Source: an uncultured Planctomycetaceae bacterium (lineage in GTDB: Bacteria > Planctomycetota > Planctomycetia > Pirellulales > UBA1268). Taken from it: a stretch of DNA of 64,000 bases. Both the position numbers and the translations under genes were made by a program. Under the pieces are notes generated by a model. The model had not been told where the DNA came from. It saw nothing but the letters and a program-made list of their open reading frames with translations, and searched no databases. The stretch is taken from contig CAIWZS010000039.1 in assembly GCA_903917235.1 (NCBI GenBank), forward strand, positions 15,695 to 79,694, written 5' to 3'. This document shows positions 1-10,466 of the stretch, one piece after another (within the stretch, counting starts at the first letter, position 1; each line of letters opens with the position of its first letter).

Positions 1-112
1 GGAGGCCGACCATCTCACCGGGGGAGACCGACAGCGACACCCCGTCCACCGCCCGCACGATGCCGCCGTCGCTCGCCCGATAGTGCTTCACGAGGTCGAC
101 GACGTCGATCAT
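1..112 (-). CDS. ABC transporter ATP-binding protein, N-terminal fragment (gene continues past the left edge)
   Basis: ATG at 112 on the minus strand reads MIDVVDLVKHYRASDGGIVRAVDGVSLSVSPGEMVGL. This is the typical lead-in to an ABC ATPase Walker A. It lies 16 nt downstream of the frr stop. Confidence 0.7.
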   Translation of the reverse strand, partial: MIDVVDLVKHYRASDGGIVRAVDGVSLSVSPGEMVGL

Positions 113-128
113 GCCGAACCCCCGCGAC

Positions 129-689
129 TCACTGCTCCATCACCTCGGCCTCTTTCGTCCGCGCGAGGTCGCCCACCCTCGCCTCGTACTTCTTCGTGAG
201 TTCCTGCACCTCCTCCTTGCAGTCGTTGCACGCGTCCTCCGTGAGCGCGCCATCCGCCTGCTCTCCATCGGCCGCCTTGTTGCCGTCGCGTCGCACGTTG
301 CGGATCGCCACCCGCGCCTCCTCGGCGAGTTCCTTGATGCGGGCCGACATCTTCCGTCGCACGTCGGTCGAGAGCGCCGGGATCGTGATGCGGATCACGC
401 GGCCGTCGCTCTGCGGATTGAGGCCGAGGTCGCTCGCGTGGATCGCCTTCTCGATGTCCTTGATGGTGCCGGGATCGAACGGCCGCACGACGATCTGGTT
501 CGGTTCCGGAGCGCCCACGCTGGCCAGCGCCTTGATCGGCGTCGGCGACCCGTAGACCTCCACCCGCAGCGTGTCCACGAGCCCGGGATTGGCCCGGCCC
601 GTCCGGATGCCGGTGAGGGCATGGCGGAAGACGTCCACCGCCTTCTCCATGCGCTCTTCGGCGTCGAGCAAAATGTCGTCGACCGGCAT
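129..689 (-). CDS. frr: ribosome recycling factor
   Basis: 186-aa ORF. The full-length Frr pattern is present (DAEERMEKAV...GIRTGRANPGLVD...VRPFDP...IPALSTDVRRKM...IRNVRRD). Confidence 0.95.
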   Translation of the reverse strand: MPVDDILLDAEERMEKAVDVFRHALTGIRTGRANPGLVDTLRVEVYGSPTPIKALASVGAPEPNQIVVRPFDPGTIKDIEKAIHASDLGLNPQSDGRVIRITIPALSTDVRRKMSARIKELAEEARVAIRNVRRDGNKAADGEQADGALTEDACNDCKEEVQELTKKYEARVGDLARTKEAEVMEQ

Positions 690-749
690 CGTGCGACCCC
701 TCCATTCTGGTTGCGCCGCCCGTCGTCAGCCGGGCACGCCCGCGGAGCC

Positions 750-1505
750 TCAGCCCCGCTCTCCGACCACCGCCCCCTCGGCCCGACCCCCGAGCAGCGT
801 GCCCACGCGTTCGCCCGCCACGGCCCGTTCGATGTTGCCATCCCGGCGGTAGTTGAACACGAGGATCGGCATGCCGTGCTCCATGCACTGCGAGATCGCG
901 GTGGAATCCATCACCCGCAGGTTCTGCTCCCGCACCTGCTGGTACGTCAGCTCACGATAGAGCATGGCGTGAGGATTCTTCTCGGGATCGTCCGAATAGA
1001 CGCCATCCACCCGCGTGGCCTTCATGAGGATGTCGGCGCCGAGCTCGAGCGCCCGCTGGGCGGCGGCCGTGTCGGTGGTCACGTAGGGACTGCCGGTGCC
1101 GGCGGCGAGAATCACGATCCGCCCCTTCTCGAGGTGCCGACGGGCACGACGACGGATGTAGGGCTCGGCGACGCCGTCCATGCGGATGGCCGTCATGAGG
1201 CGGGTCTGGGCGCCGAGGCTCTCGAGCGCGTCCTGGAGCGCGAGCCCGTTGATCACCGTGGCGAGCATGCCCATGTAGTGGGCGGTCGCCTCCTGGATCG
1301 CGGTGTTCCCCGCGGTGAACGAGCCGCCGCGGAGGATGTTGCCGCCACCGATCACGACGGCCAGTTCGACGCCGCGCGACACCGCCTGGACCGTCTGCCG
1401 GGCGATGTGCACCACCTCGTCCATCGAGATGCCGCGTTCGCCCTGCCGCGCGAAACTCTCTCCCGAGAGCTTGAGGAGCACGCGACGAAACGGGCCGGCG
1501 GACAT
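750..1505 (-). CDS. pyrH: UMP kinase
   Basis: Track ORF 750..1958 trimmed to the ATG at 1505 ([16 protein letters not shown]...[10 protein letters not shown]...[21 protein letters not shown]). The upstream part of the ORF is Arg/Gly-rich junk. Confidence 0.93.
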   Translation of the reverse strand: MSAGPFRRVLLKLSGESFARQGERGISMDEVVHIARQTVQAVSRGVELAVVIGGGNILRGGSFTAGNTAIQEATAHYMGMLATVINGLALQDALESLGAQTRLMTAIRMDGVAEPYIRRRARRHLEKGRIVILAAGTGSPYVTTDTAAAQRALELGADILMKATRVDGVYSDDPEKNPHAMLYRELTYQQVREQNLRVMDSTAISQCMEHGMPILVFNYRRDGNIERAVAGERVGTLLGGRAEGAVVGERG

Positions 1506-1573
1506 GGTTCGCTCACTGGGCGGGAAGGAGCGGACGGGAGTGTACGCGGCCGCCCGGGCGGCCGCCAAACCAG

Positions 1574-2416
1574 TCAGCCGCCGAGCTTCCAGTTCTCGAC
1601 GCGCGTGATCCCGATCCCCGCCGATTTCACGAGTTGGCCGACGGTCTGCTTGTCGTCCTTCACGAAGGGCTGTTCGAGCAGGACGCACTGCGCGAAGAAG
1701 TTCCGCAGGCGACCCTCGATCATCTTCGCGATGATGTTCTCCGGCTTGCCCTCCTTGCGCGCGGCCTCGGTGAGGATCTCCCGCTCCTTGGCGACCACCG
1801 CGGGATCGAGATCCTCCTTGGTGATCGCCTGGGGCGCGAGCGCGACGACGTGCATCGCCACGTCCTTCGCCACCTCGGCCGCCTTCGCCCCGGCCGTGTC
1901 GCCGGAAATCTGGACGAGCGACGCCTTGGAACCGTCGTGGTGCGCGTAGCCGCCGCACGGGGCGTCGATCCGATGGATGCGGGCCAGGTCGAACACCTCG
2001 CGCATGCGGTTGAAGAGGTCGTCCTTGAGCTCGGCGAGCGTCCGCTCAGGGTGGGCCACGCTCCGCTGCGCGAGCAGTGCCTCCGGCGTCGCCGCACCCG
2101 GACCGAGGGCGAGCGTCTTCGCGATGTCGTGGGCCAGGTCGCGGAAATCCTGGCTGCCCGCCACCGGCGGGCTCTCGCACCGCAGTTCGATGATCGCCCC
2201 GACCCCGCGAGCCGTGTCGGTGTAGACCGCGAGCCGGCCACAGGAGGTCTCGCGGTCGGCCCGCAGCGACTGGGTCTTGATGCCCTGCTTGCGGAGCCAG
2301 TCCACCGCCGCCGCGGTGTCGCCGCCGCACTCCTGGAGCGCCTTCTTGCACTCCATCATCGGCAGTCCGGTCTTCTCGCGGAGCGCCATGACGGCGGCCG
2401 CCGTGATCTCAGCCAT
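1574..2416 (-). CDS. tsf: translation elongation factor Ts
   Basis: 280 aa. The N-terminal UBA-like motif is present ([33 protein letters not shown]). It sits in the conserved rpsB-tsf-pyrH-frr order. Confidence 0.95.
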   Translation of the reverse strand: MAEITAAAVMALREKTGLPMMECKKALQECGGDTAAAVDWLRKQGIKTQSLRADRETSCGRLAVYTDTARGVGAIIELRCESPPVAGSQDFRDLAHDIAKTLALGPGAATPEALLAQRSVAHPERTLAELKDDLFNRMREVFDLARIHRIDAPCGGYAHHDGSKASLVQISGDTAGAKAAEVAKDVAMHVVALAPQAITKEDLDPAVVAKEREILTEAARKEGKPENIIAKMIEGRLRNFFAQCVLLEQPFVKDDKQTVGQLVKSAGIGITRVENWKLGG

Positions 2417-2541
2417 ATTCGATTCTCCCGGTGCCTCCCCGCGATCGCCGCGGGTGTGGTGGACGGTTGGTGCGGGGCGAAGACGCGCGGCAGGCCCGCC
2501 GGCGACAGCCGCGGACGTGCGCGACGGATCCCGGCGCCGCG

Positions 2542-3354
2542 TCAGGTGGCCGGCTTCGGCACGGACCGCTTCGCGACCATCGGCCGAGCCTTCGGCTTCG
2601 GCTTGCCAGAGGACGGTCCCTCGGCGGCGTCGCCCCCCTCGGCGGCCACCTGGTTGGCCGCGGCCACCTGAGCCTTGCCTTCGAGGATCGCGTCGGCCAG
2701 CCGGGCGGCGACGAGTTCGATCGAGCGGATCGAGTCGTCATTGCCCGGGATCGGCAGGTCGACGAGGTCGGGATCGCAGTCGGTGTCGATCAGGGCCACC
2801 GTCGTGATGCCCATCTTGCGGGCCTCGCTGATCGCGTTCTTCTCCTTCTTCGGATCGAACACCACCAGGCACTCGGGCAGCCGCGACAGGAGCCGGATGC
2901 CGCCGAGGTTCCGCAGCATCTTGCGATGCTCGCGGCGGAGCGACGACTGCATCTTCTTCGAGTAGGTGTCGAACGATGCGGACGGCAGCAGCGCCTCGAG
3001 CTCCTCGAGCCGCGCGAGCCTGTTGCGAATGGTGCGGAAATTGGTGAGCGTGCCCCCGAGCCACCGCTCGTTCACGAACGGCATGCCGCACCGAGCGGCC
3101 TCCCGCGCGATCGCGTCGGCCCCCTGCCGCTTCGTCCCGACGAACAGGATCAGGCTGCTCGTGGCCGCCACCTGCTTGAGGTATTTCCGAGCCCGCAGGA
3201 GCCCCCGGATCGTCTCGCGGACGTCGATGATGTGGATGAGATTGCGGCGCCCGTGGATGTAGGGCTTCATCTTCGGGTTCCACCGGCTCGCACGATGGCC
3301 GTAGTGGACGCCCGCTTCGATCAGTTCCTGGGCCAGGGTTGTGGACACAAGCAC
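2542..3354 (-). CDS. rpsB: 30S ribosomal protein S2
   Basis: 270 aa with a GTG start. S2 signature present ([19 protein letters not shown]...[14 protein letters not shown]). Confidence 0.95.
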   Translation of the reverse strand: MLVSTTLAQELIEAGVHYGHRASRWNPKMKPYIHGRRNLIHIIDVRETIRGLLRARKYLKQVAATSSLILFVGTKRQGADAIAREAARCGMPFVNERWLGGTLTNFRTIRNRLARLEELEALLPSASFDTYSKKMQSSLRREHRKMLRNLGGIRLLSRLPECLVVFDPKKEKNAISEARKMGITTVALIDTDCDPDLVDLPIPGNDDSIRSIELVAARLADAILEGKAQVAAANQVAAEGGDAAEGPSSGKPKPKARPMVAKRSVPKPAT

Positions 3355-3544
3355 ACGCTCGGGGGTGGAGGAAACGCGCCGCGGAAACCCTGCACACTAT
3401 GGGGATTTTTCGTCGCCTGTCAACGCAGGCCGCGGCCATGGCCCTCGCGGCTTGAATCGGTTTGGCAGCCGAAACTACACTGCGGGATTCCGTTCACGAA
3501 CCGCTCCCTGCACGACCTCAGGGCCTCCCCGTGCTGGGTGGGCG

Positions 3545-3624
3545 TGACCGCCCCGGATCGTGAGCGACCTGGATCATGACCGACCCGGATCGCGACCGCC
3601 CCGGATCCTGACCGCCCTGGATTC
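3545..3624 (+). repeat. five head-to-tail 16-nt repeats (consensus TGACCGCCCCGGATCN) in the ilvN leader
   Basis: Read directly. Units start at 3545, 3561, 3577, 3593 and 3609. The array ends 10 nt before the ilvN ATG. Confidence 0.9.
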
Positions 3625-3634
3625 AGAGTCCCCC

Positions 3635-4186
3635 ATGCGTCACGTCCTTTCGGCCACCGTCCAGAACGTCCCCGGCGTGCTCGCGCACGTGTCGGGCATG
3701 CTCGCCTCCCGGGGCTACAACATCGACAGCCTGGCCGTCGGCGAGACGGAGGATCCCGGCTTCTCACGGATGACGTTCGTGCTCCGCGGCGACGACCGCG
3801 TGCTCGATCAGGTGCGTCGCCAGCTCGAAAAGATCGTGACGGTCGTCCGCGTGGACGACATCAGTTCGCGAAACTACGTGGAACGCGACCTGATGCTCAT
3901 CAAGATCGCCGCCACCGTGGGGGCCGCCCGCAGCGAGGTGAAGGAGCTCACCGAGATCTTCCGCGGCCGGATCGTCGACGTCGCGACCGACAGCGTCATC
4001 GTCGAGATCGCGGGCACCGAGAAGAAGCTCGAGGGCTTCATCGAACTCGTGCGGCCCTACGGCATCCTGGAACTCGTGCGTACCGGCCGGATCGCCATGG
4101 TGCGGGGAAGCCCGCCCCCCCGCGAGCTGACCGAGGCCGCCGGAGGCGTCCAGGCCGGCACGGTCGATGCCGATTCGCTCGCATGA
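3635..4186 (+). CDS. ilvN: acetolactate synthase small (regulatory) subunit
   Basis: Track ORF 3560..4186 trimmed to the ATG at 3635. The ACT-domain start is typical of IlvN/IlvH (MRHVLSATVQNVPGVLAHVSGMLASRGYNIDSLAVGETEDPGFSRMTFV). No ilvB is adjacent. Confidence 0.9.
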   Translation: MRHVLSATVQNVPGVLAHVSGMLASRGYNIDSLAVGETEDPGFSRMTFVLRGDDRVLDQVRRQLEKIVTVVRVDDISSRNYVERDLMLIKIAATVGAARSEVKELTEIFRGRIVDVATDSVIVEIAGTEKKLEGFIELVRPYGILELVRTGRIAMVRGSPPPRELTEAAGGVQAGTVDADSLA

Positions 4187-4350
4187 TCCCGGGTGGGTCG
4201 CCTCCTCCGTCGGCAGTCGTCGTGAATCCTCAGGCATTATCGTGACGGCTCAGCGCGAGTGAGCACGTCCGCAGTCCGTTCGCCAGCGTTCGATCGCCTC
4301 CCGTCCGTTTTCGTTTCCCTCCTGATGCCCCTCCCCCTGGAGCCCCTTCC

Positions 4351-5354
<1,004 letters not shown>

Positions 5355-5355
<1 letters not shown>

Positions 5356-5630
5356 TGACGAGCGAGGAGTCGCAGGCGCGGGCGCTGTACGAGCACCTCC
5401 AGCCCGGCGACCGGGTGGAGGTGGTCCACGGCGTGACCGTGGGTTCGAGCGCGACCTGGAGCACGACCACCGTCGGCACCGTGCTGCGGCGCGAGCGCCG
5501 CCGCCACGGCCTGCACTTCCGCAGGAGCGGTGACGACAAGGTCTATTCCGACGTGCTCATCCTCGCCCGTGAGGACGGCGAGCTCACGACCATCACGATG
5601 GACGAGTTCACCCGGCTGCGTCGCCTCTGA
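5355..5630 (+). CDS. small hypothetical protein (91 aa), translationally coupled to ilvC
   Basis: Its ATG at 5355 shares a base with the ilvC TGA (gtgATGAcg). The composition is protein-like (MTSEESQARALYEHLQPGDRVEVVHGVTVGS...). I recognise no family. Confidence 0.55.
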
Positions 5631-5644
5631 TGCCGCGCGGCCGC

Positions 5645-6952
5645 TCAGATCACGCGGGCGATCACGCAGGTGAGATACTCGCCCTCGAGGCAGCTCACGC
5701 TGACCGGGTGGTCCGCCGCCGCTCCGCGGACCTCGAGGATCTGGAGTGTCCGCCGGCCGCGCTGGGCCACGCCGGCGAGCATCTGGAGGAAGTCGTCGCG
5801 CGACACGCTCCCGGAGCATGAGCAGGTCACCAGGATGCCGCCCGGTTCGAGCAGGTCGACGGCCAGACGATTGACGCGGTGGTAGGCCCTCAGGGCGTCG
5901 TCCACCGACGCCCTGCTGCGGGCGAATTTTGGGGGATCGAGCACGACCATGCCGAACCGCTCCCCGGCGGCCGCGAGCGCGTCAAGCTTCTCGAACGCGT
6001 CGGCCGCTTCCACGGTGATCGACGCGGCGCCGTTGAGTTCCGCGTTGGCCCGGGCCAGGGCCGCGGCCCGCGGGCTCCCATCGACGGCCAGCACGCTCCG
6101 CGCGGTCCCTGCGACCGCACAGGCGACGGCGAAGCCGCCGGAGTAGCAAAACATGTCGAGCACCCGTCGGCCGCGCGCCAGCCTTGCGGCGGCCTGACGG
6201 TTGTCGCGCTGATCGAGGTAGTGACCTGTCTTCTGTCCCTCGGTCAGGTCGACCCCGAACCGCAGCCCGTGCTCCGTGACGAACACGGGCCCATCCGGGG
6301 GTGCGCCGCGCAGCACGCGGTCGGGGAGATGGAGCCCCTCGAGCTTCGCGAGACCGCGTTCCGCGCCGCGCAGGAGGATGCCCCGCGGCGCGACGAGTGC
6401 CTCGAGCGCGTCGCAGACGACCTCGAGGCGGCCCGCGAGCGCCAGCGCCGTCACCTGCACGGCGAGATACGCGCCGTATCGGTCGACGATGAGGCCCGAC
6501 AGGTCGTCCCCCTCGCTGTTGACGAGGCGGCAGGCTCCGGACGGATCGAGCATGCCGAGGGTCCGCCGCAGCGCGACGGCCCGCTCCAGCCGTCTCCTCC
6601 ACTCCGCGGTGTCGAGGGGCGTCGCGGCGTCGAAGGCGTAGAGCCTGACTCGAATCCGACTGGAGCCGTTCCAGAGCCCACGCCCCACGAACAGTCCGTC
6701 GTGCGTGGTGAGGTCGACGACCGCCCCGGACTGGGGATCGCCGTCGACCCGCAGCACGGCCGAATCGAGCACCCACGGGTGACGCCCGAAGAAGGGACGG
6801 GCCCGCTTCGGCTTGAGCACCACCGTGGCCGCCGGCAGACCGTCGGCGGTCCGACCCTCCGGACCGCGTCCGTCCGGACCACCGTCGTCGCGGGCGATCG
6901 ACTCGCCTGCGGGAATCGATCGTCTGGCTTCGGTCTCGACCTCGTCGTTCAC
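5645..6952 (-). CDS. rlmI: class I SAM-dependent rRNA (cytosine-C5) methyltransferase, RlmI-like
   Basis: It has a PUA-like N-terminus (VVLKPKRARPFFGRHPWVL), SAM motif VLDMFCYSGGFAV and VVLDPPKFA. The ORF stays open up to ATG 7150, but that start would overlap the divergent oxidase gene. I chose the in-frame GTG at 6952, so the start is uncertain. Confidence 0.8.
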   Translation of the reverse strand: MNDEVETEARRSIPAGESIARDDGGPDGRGPEGRTADGLPAATVVLKPKRARPFFGRHPWVLDSAVLRVDGDPQSGAVVDLTTHDGLFVGRGLWNGSSRIRVRLYAFDAATPLDTAEWRRRLERAVALRRTLGMLDPSGACRLVNSEGDDLSGLIVDRYGAYLAVQVTALALAGRLEVVCDALEALVAPRGILLRGAERGLAKLEGLHLPDRVLRGAPPDGPVFVTEHGLRFGVDLTEGQKTGHYLDQRDNRQAAARLARGRRVLDMFCYSGGFAVACAVAGTARSVLAVDGSPRAAALARANAELNGAASITVEAADAFEKLDALAAAGERFGMVVLDPPKFARSRASVDDALRAYHRVNRLAVDLLEPGGILVTCSCSGSVSRDDFLQMLAGVAQRGRRTLQILEVRGAAADHPVSVSCLEGEYLTCVIARVI

Positions 6953-7140
6953 GTCACGCCCGCTCGGGAGTCCCGGGACGGCTCCCTGCGCCCGAGCCCG
7001 CAGCGTACGATGCGGGCGCGGAAAGTCCACCGTCCGCACGCGCCGGCTGGGTGGATCGAAACTTCGTCGCTCGTGGGGCGTTTCAGCCGGAGGGCGATCC
7101 GCAGGAATGCGGGGCGCCCGCGGAGCGAACTCGGGCACGC

Positions 7141-8508
7141 ATGCATCCACGCAGGATCGCGATCGTCGGCGGTGGCCCGGGAGGGCTGTTCACCGCGTGG
7201 CTCCTCGAGCGGATGGCTTCCCGGCGCATCGAGTTGACGATCTACGAGGCGCGTGACCGCGTGGGCGGCAAGGTCCTCACGCCCTCGTTCGACTCGGCGC
7301 CGGTGCGCTACGAGGCGGGCGCCGCGGAGTTCTACGACTACTCGGCCGTCGACGAGGATCCCCTGCGGCATGCGGTCGCCATGCTCGGCCTGCCCACGCA
7401 GCCGCTCGGAGGATCGGCGGTGCTGCTCGACGACACCGTGGTCGGCACCGCCGACGATGTCCATGACCGCCTCGGGCCGGCCGCCCATGCGGCCCTCCTC
7501 GCCTTCGACGAGCGTGCGAAGGCGGCACAGTCCCCGCGTCGCTTCTACGCCTCCGGCTTCGACGCGGTCGCCGACGGATCGAGTCGGCGGTTCGACGCCG
7601 TCATGGATGCGGTCCACCCGCCGGCGGCGCGCCGGTACCTCGAGACCATGCTGAAAAGCGATCTCGCCACGGAGCCCTGCCGCACGAGCACGGAGTACGG
7701 GCTGCAAAACTACCTCATGAACGATCCCGCCTACATGGGGCTCTACTGCATCTCCGGCGGCAACGAGCAGCTCGTCCAGGCGCTGGCGGCCCGGGTGGCC
7801 GCGAGCGTGCGCCTCCAGGAGCCGGTCATGGCGATCGGCCGCACCGCGTCCGGGAGCCTGTGGGTCGAGTCGCGCCGCGGGGGGCAGACGCTCGTGGAGG
7901 CTTTCGACACGGTGATCGTCGCCCTGCCGATGGCGCATCTGCCGCTCGTCCGCTTCGTCGGAGGCCGCCTGGAGGCGGCCCTCGCGGCCCACTGCGCGCA
8001 CCACGCCCACCCGGCACACTACCTCCGCGTCACGATCCTCTTCGATCGCCCCTTCTGGAGACGCCGCGTGCGCGACGCCTTCTTCATGCTCGACCGCTTC
8101 GGTGGCTGCTGCCTCTACGACGAGTCGGCACGTGATCCCGACGCCACGCACGGCGTGCTCGGCTGGCTCATCGCCGGCACCGCCGCGCTCGAATCGTGCG
8201 CTCGATCCGACGACGAGCTCGTCGCGCTCGCCCTCGACTCGCTCCCGGCGTCGCTCGGCGACGGCCGGGCCGCCTTCCGCGAGGGACGCGTGCATCGCTG
8301 GCCCGGGGCCGTCAGCGCCCTGCCCGGAGGCGAGCGGCTCGCGCCCGTCGATCAACGCCACCGCCCGGAGCCGATCGACCATCCCGACCTGTTCCTCGTC
8401 GGCGACTACCTCTTCGATTCCACGCTCAATGGCGTGCTCGATTCCGCCTCCCACGTCGCAGGATGGGTCGCCGCGCGCCTCGCCGAGGGTCCGGGAGGTG
8501 CTGCATGA
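7141..8508 (+). CDS. FAD-dependent oxidoreductase, flavin amine-oxidase-like
   Basis: Track ORF 7051..8508 trimmed to the ATG at 7141. It has a dinucleotide-binding start (RIAIVGGGPGGLFTAWLL...YEARDRVGGK) and a C-terminal LFLVGDY motif. Confidence 0.85.
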   Translation: MHPRRIAIVGGGPGGLFTAWLLERMASRRIELTIYEARDRVGGKVLTPSFDSAPVRYEAGAAEFYDYSAVDEDPLRHAVAMLGLPTQPLGGSAVLLDDTVVGTADDVHDRLGPAAHAALLAFDERAKAAQSPRRFYASGFDAVADGSSRRFDAVMDAVHPPAARRYLETMLKSDLATEPCRTSTEYGLQNYLMNDPAYMGLYCISGGNEQLVQALAARVAASVRLQEPVMAIGRTASGSLWVESRRGGQTLVEAFDTVIVALPMAHLPLVRFVGGRLEAALAAHCAHHAHPAHYLRVTILFDRPFWRRRVRDAFFMLDRFGGCCLYDESARDPDATHGVLGWLIAGTAALESCARSDDELVALALDSLPASLGDGRAAFREGRVHRWPGAVSALPGGERLAPVDQRHRPEPIDHPDLFLVGDYLFDSTLNGVLDSASHVAGWVAARLAEGPGGAA

Positions 8509-9302
8509 TCCGACGCGACGCGCCGATGGACGGAAACGGGCAGCCGGTGAGGCACGATGGCTCCGGGCAGGAGGTTCTCGGACAGGTGCGGGTCGAGGAG
8601 GTGCCGGTGGACGACGCCGTGCTCGAGCTCGTCGTCCTGCCCGCCGCCGACGCCGACGGGACGCGGGACGGGGAAGGGCAGGAGGCAGCCGCCCTCGCCT
8701 GGGTGGCCGCGTGCCGGACGGACACGCCTCCGGTGCAGGTGCCGCTCTACGGGACGACCGTGATCTGGTCTCCGAGCCGGGCCGCGATCCTCGCGCCGCA
8801 CGCCGCGCTCGTTGCGGTGCGCGAGGCGCTCCTCGATTTCGCGCGGTGCGACGCGGCGCTCCGCCGGCTCGAGGGCGAGGCCGGACTGTTGCTCGGCCGG
8901 CTCGACGAGGACGCGCCGTGCGCCGTCGAGTTCGACGAGCGGCACATCGAGCGCCAGGCGTCGCTCGAGGAGCGGTTCCGCCGCTCGGTCAGGCTTCGCG
9001 CGGACCTCGCGGACCTCGCGCCCGCGGTGCTGCGCCCGCCCGTCCACCCACCGACGCTCGCGGCGCAACTGGGGGAGCGGCTGCGCGAGCGGACACGGCT
9101 CGCGGACCGCCTCGAGTTCGTGCAGGCGAAGGCGGACGTGCTCGACCGCGTCTACGACCTGTGCGCCCAGCGCGTCGGCGACTTCGCCATCGCCCGCCGG
9201 CATCTGCGGCTCGAGTGGGTGATCATCGTCCTGCTCGCAGCCGAGCTCGTCGTCCTCCTCGTCGAGGTGCTCGCCGGCCTCGGGACGACGCCGACACCAT
9301 GA
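8505..9302 (+). CDS. hypothetical protein, DUF155/RMND1-like with a C-terminal TM helix
   Basis: ATGA overlap with the oxidase stop (8505-8508). The C-terminus (HLRLEWVIIVLLAAELVVLLVEVL) resembles the LEWxIIxLI ending I remember for DUF155. The family call is from memory only. Confidence 0.65.
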   Translation: MIRRDAPMDGNGQPVRHDGSGQEVLGQVRVEEVPVDDAVLELVVLPAADADGTRDGEGQEAAALAWVAACRTDTPPVQVPLYGTTVIWSPSRAAILAPHAALVAVREALLDFARCDAALRRLEGEAGLLLGRLDEDAPCAVEFDERHIERQASLEERFRRSVRLRADLADLAPAVLRPPVHPPTLAAQLGERLRERTRLADRLEFVQAKADVLDRVYDLCAQRVGDFAIARRHLRLEWVIIVLLAAELVVLLVEVLAGLGTTPTP

Positions 9303-10450
9303 CCAGCGCCCCGACCGCCGGCCGAGCGAGCGACGAGGCGGCCCGCCTCCCTTCGATCGACGTGCTCCGGACGGTTGCGATCTGCCTCATGATCGTCGTG
9401 CACTTCGTCGAGAACCTCGCCGCCACGCACGATGCGTGGTCGCTGGCGATGAACCGGTGGATGCCGGCCGGTGCCGCCGCCCCGCTCTTCACGTTCCTCG
9501 CCGGGGTCAACTACCGCCTCTGGTGCACGCAGCGGATCGCCCGCGGCACCCCCGCCGCGGCCCTCTCGAAGGCGACCATCCGCCGCGGCCTCTTCCTGAT
9601 CGGCACGGGCTTCGCCTTCAACGTGCTCGTCTGGCTGCCCGAGGACACCTTCAACTGGGACGTGCTCACGTTCGTGGGACTCGCCCTCATCTCGCTCGAC
9701 GTCGTGCGCCGCATGCCCGTGTCGGCGGTGGCGCTGGCACTCGTGCTCGTCCTGCTGACCAGTCCGGTCCTCCGGGTCATCGCCGACTACCCGTCCTACT
9801 GGAGCCGGTCATGGTTCGACTACGACGTCACGCTCAGCGACGTCGTGCTCGGCTGCCTCGTGGTCGGCTACTTCCCGCTGGCGCCCTGGCTCGTCTTCCC
9901 CTGGGCCGGCTACCTTGCGACCCCGCTGATCTTCGGCGGCGATGCGTCCGCGTGCGGCGGGATGCGACGGCCACTCCTCGCCACGGCGGCCCTGGGAGCG
10001 CTCTCCGCGGTCGCATGTCTCGTGTGGCCCCACCTGCCAGCGGGCCTGCGGATCGGCGCGGCCGACGGCTGGACGATGTTTCCCGCATCGACCGCCTACG
10101 TCCTCGGCTCGCTGGCCATCGCGATGCTCTCCCTCACCGCGCTCCACCGGGTGCTCGACCGCGGCCCGTCGTCCGCCTGGACGGCGTCCCTCGTCCACTG
10201 GACCGGTCCCTTCAGCCGCCACTCGTTCTCCATCTACGTCCTCCACCACCTCGTCCACATCTGGCCGCTCTGGATCGCGGGCCTCGTGGTCGGAGACGAC
10301 CCCACGGCACTCTGGCAGGTCGCCATGCCCGCGCCGCTGGCGCTCGCCTTGGCGCTGGCATGCATCGTCGGCTGCGTCGCGCTCTTCGCCTGGGTCGATC
10401 GGGCCCGCCTGCCATCGCTCGAGGGGGCGATGCGGTGGCTGTGCGACTGA
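9299..10450 (+). CDS. polytopic membrane protein, DUF1624 / heparan-alpha-glucosaminide N-acetyltransferase-like
   Basis: ATGA overlap with the preceding stop (9299-9302). The N-terminus (RLPSIDVLRTVAICLMIVVHF) is typical of this acyltransferase-like family. Many hydrophobic segments follow. Confidence 0.75.
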   Translation: MTSAPTAGRASDEAARLPSIDVLRTVAICLMIVVHFVENLAATHDAWSLAMNRWMPAGAAAPLFTFLAGVNYRLWCTQRIARGTPAAALSKATIRRGLFLIGTGFAFNVLVWLPEDTFNWDVLTFVGLALISLDVVRRMPVSAVALALVLVLLTSPVLRVIADYPSYWSRSWFDYDVTLSDVVLGCLVVGYFPLAPWLVFPWAGYLATPLIFGGDASACGGMRRPLLATAALGALSAVACLVWPHLPAGLRIGAADGWTMFPASTAYVLGSLAIAMLSLTALHRVLDRGPSSAWTASLVHWTGPFSRHSFSIYVLHHLVHIWPLWIAGLVVGDDPTALWQVAMPAPLALALALACIVGCVALFAWVDRARLPSLEGAMRWLCD

Positions 10451-10466
10451 CGCGGCGCGGTCGGCG

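Noticed and set aside
111-1949. 612-aa plus-strand ORF spanning frr, pyrH and tsf
   Set aside because: It is antisense to three well-recognised genes. It is Arg/Gly/His-rich with no motifs. This is the usual long shadow ORF of a high-GC genome.
3560-3634. In-frame GTG start at 3560 that would extend IlvN by 25 aa through the 16-nt repeats
   Set aside because: IlvN homologs begin at the MRHVLS-type ACT-domain start. The extension is low-complexity sequence dictated by the repeat array.
6953-7150. N-terminal extension of the RlmI-like ORF up to ATG 7150
   Set aside because: It would overlap the divergent oxidase start (7141) and would add about 65 Arg/Pro-rich residues ahead of the PUA-like N-terminus. 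It is kept only as an alternative start.
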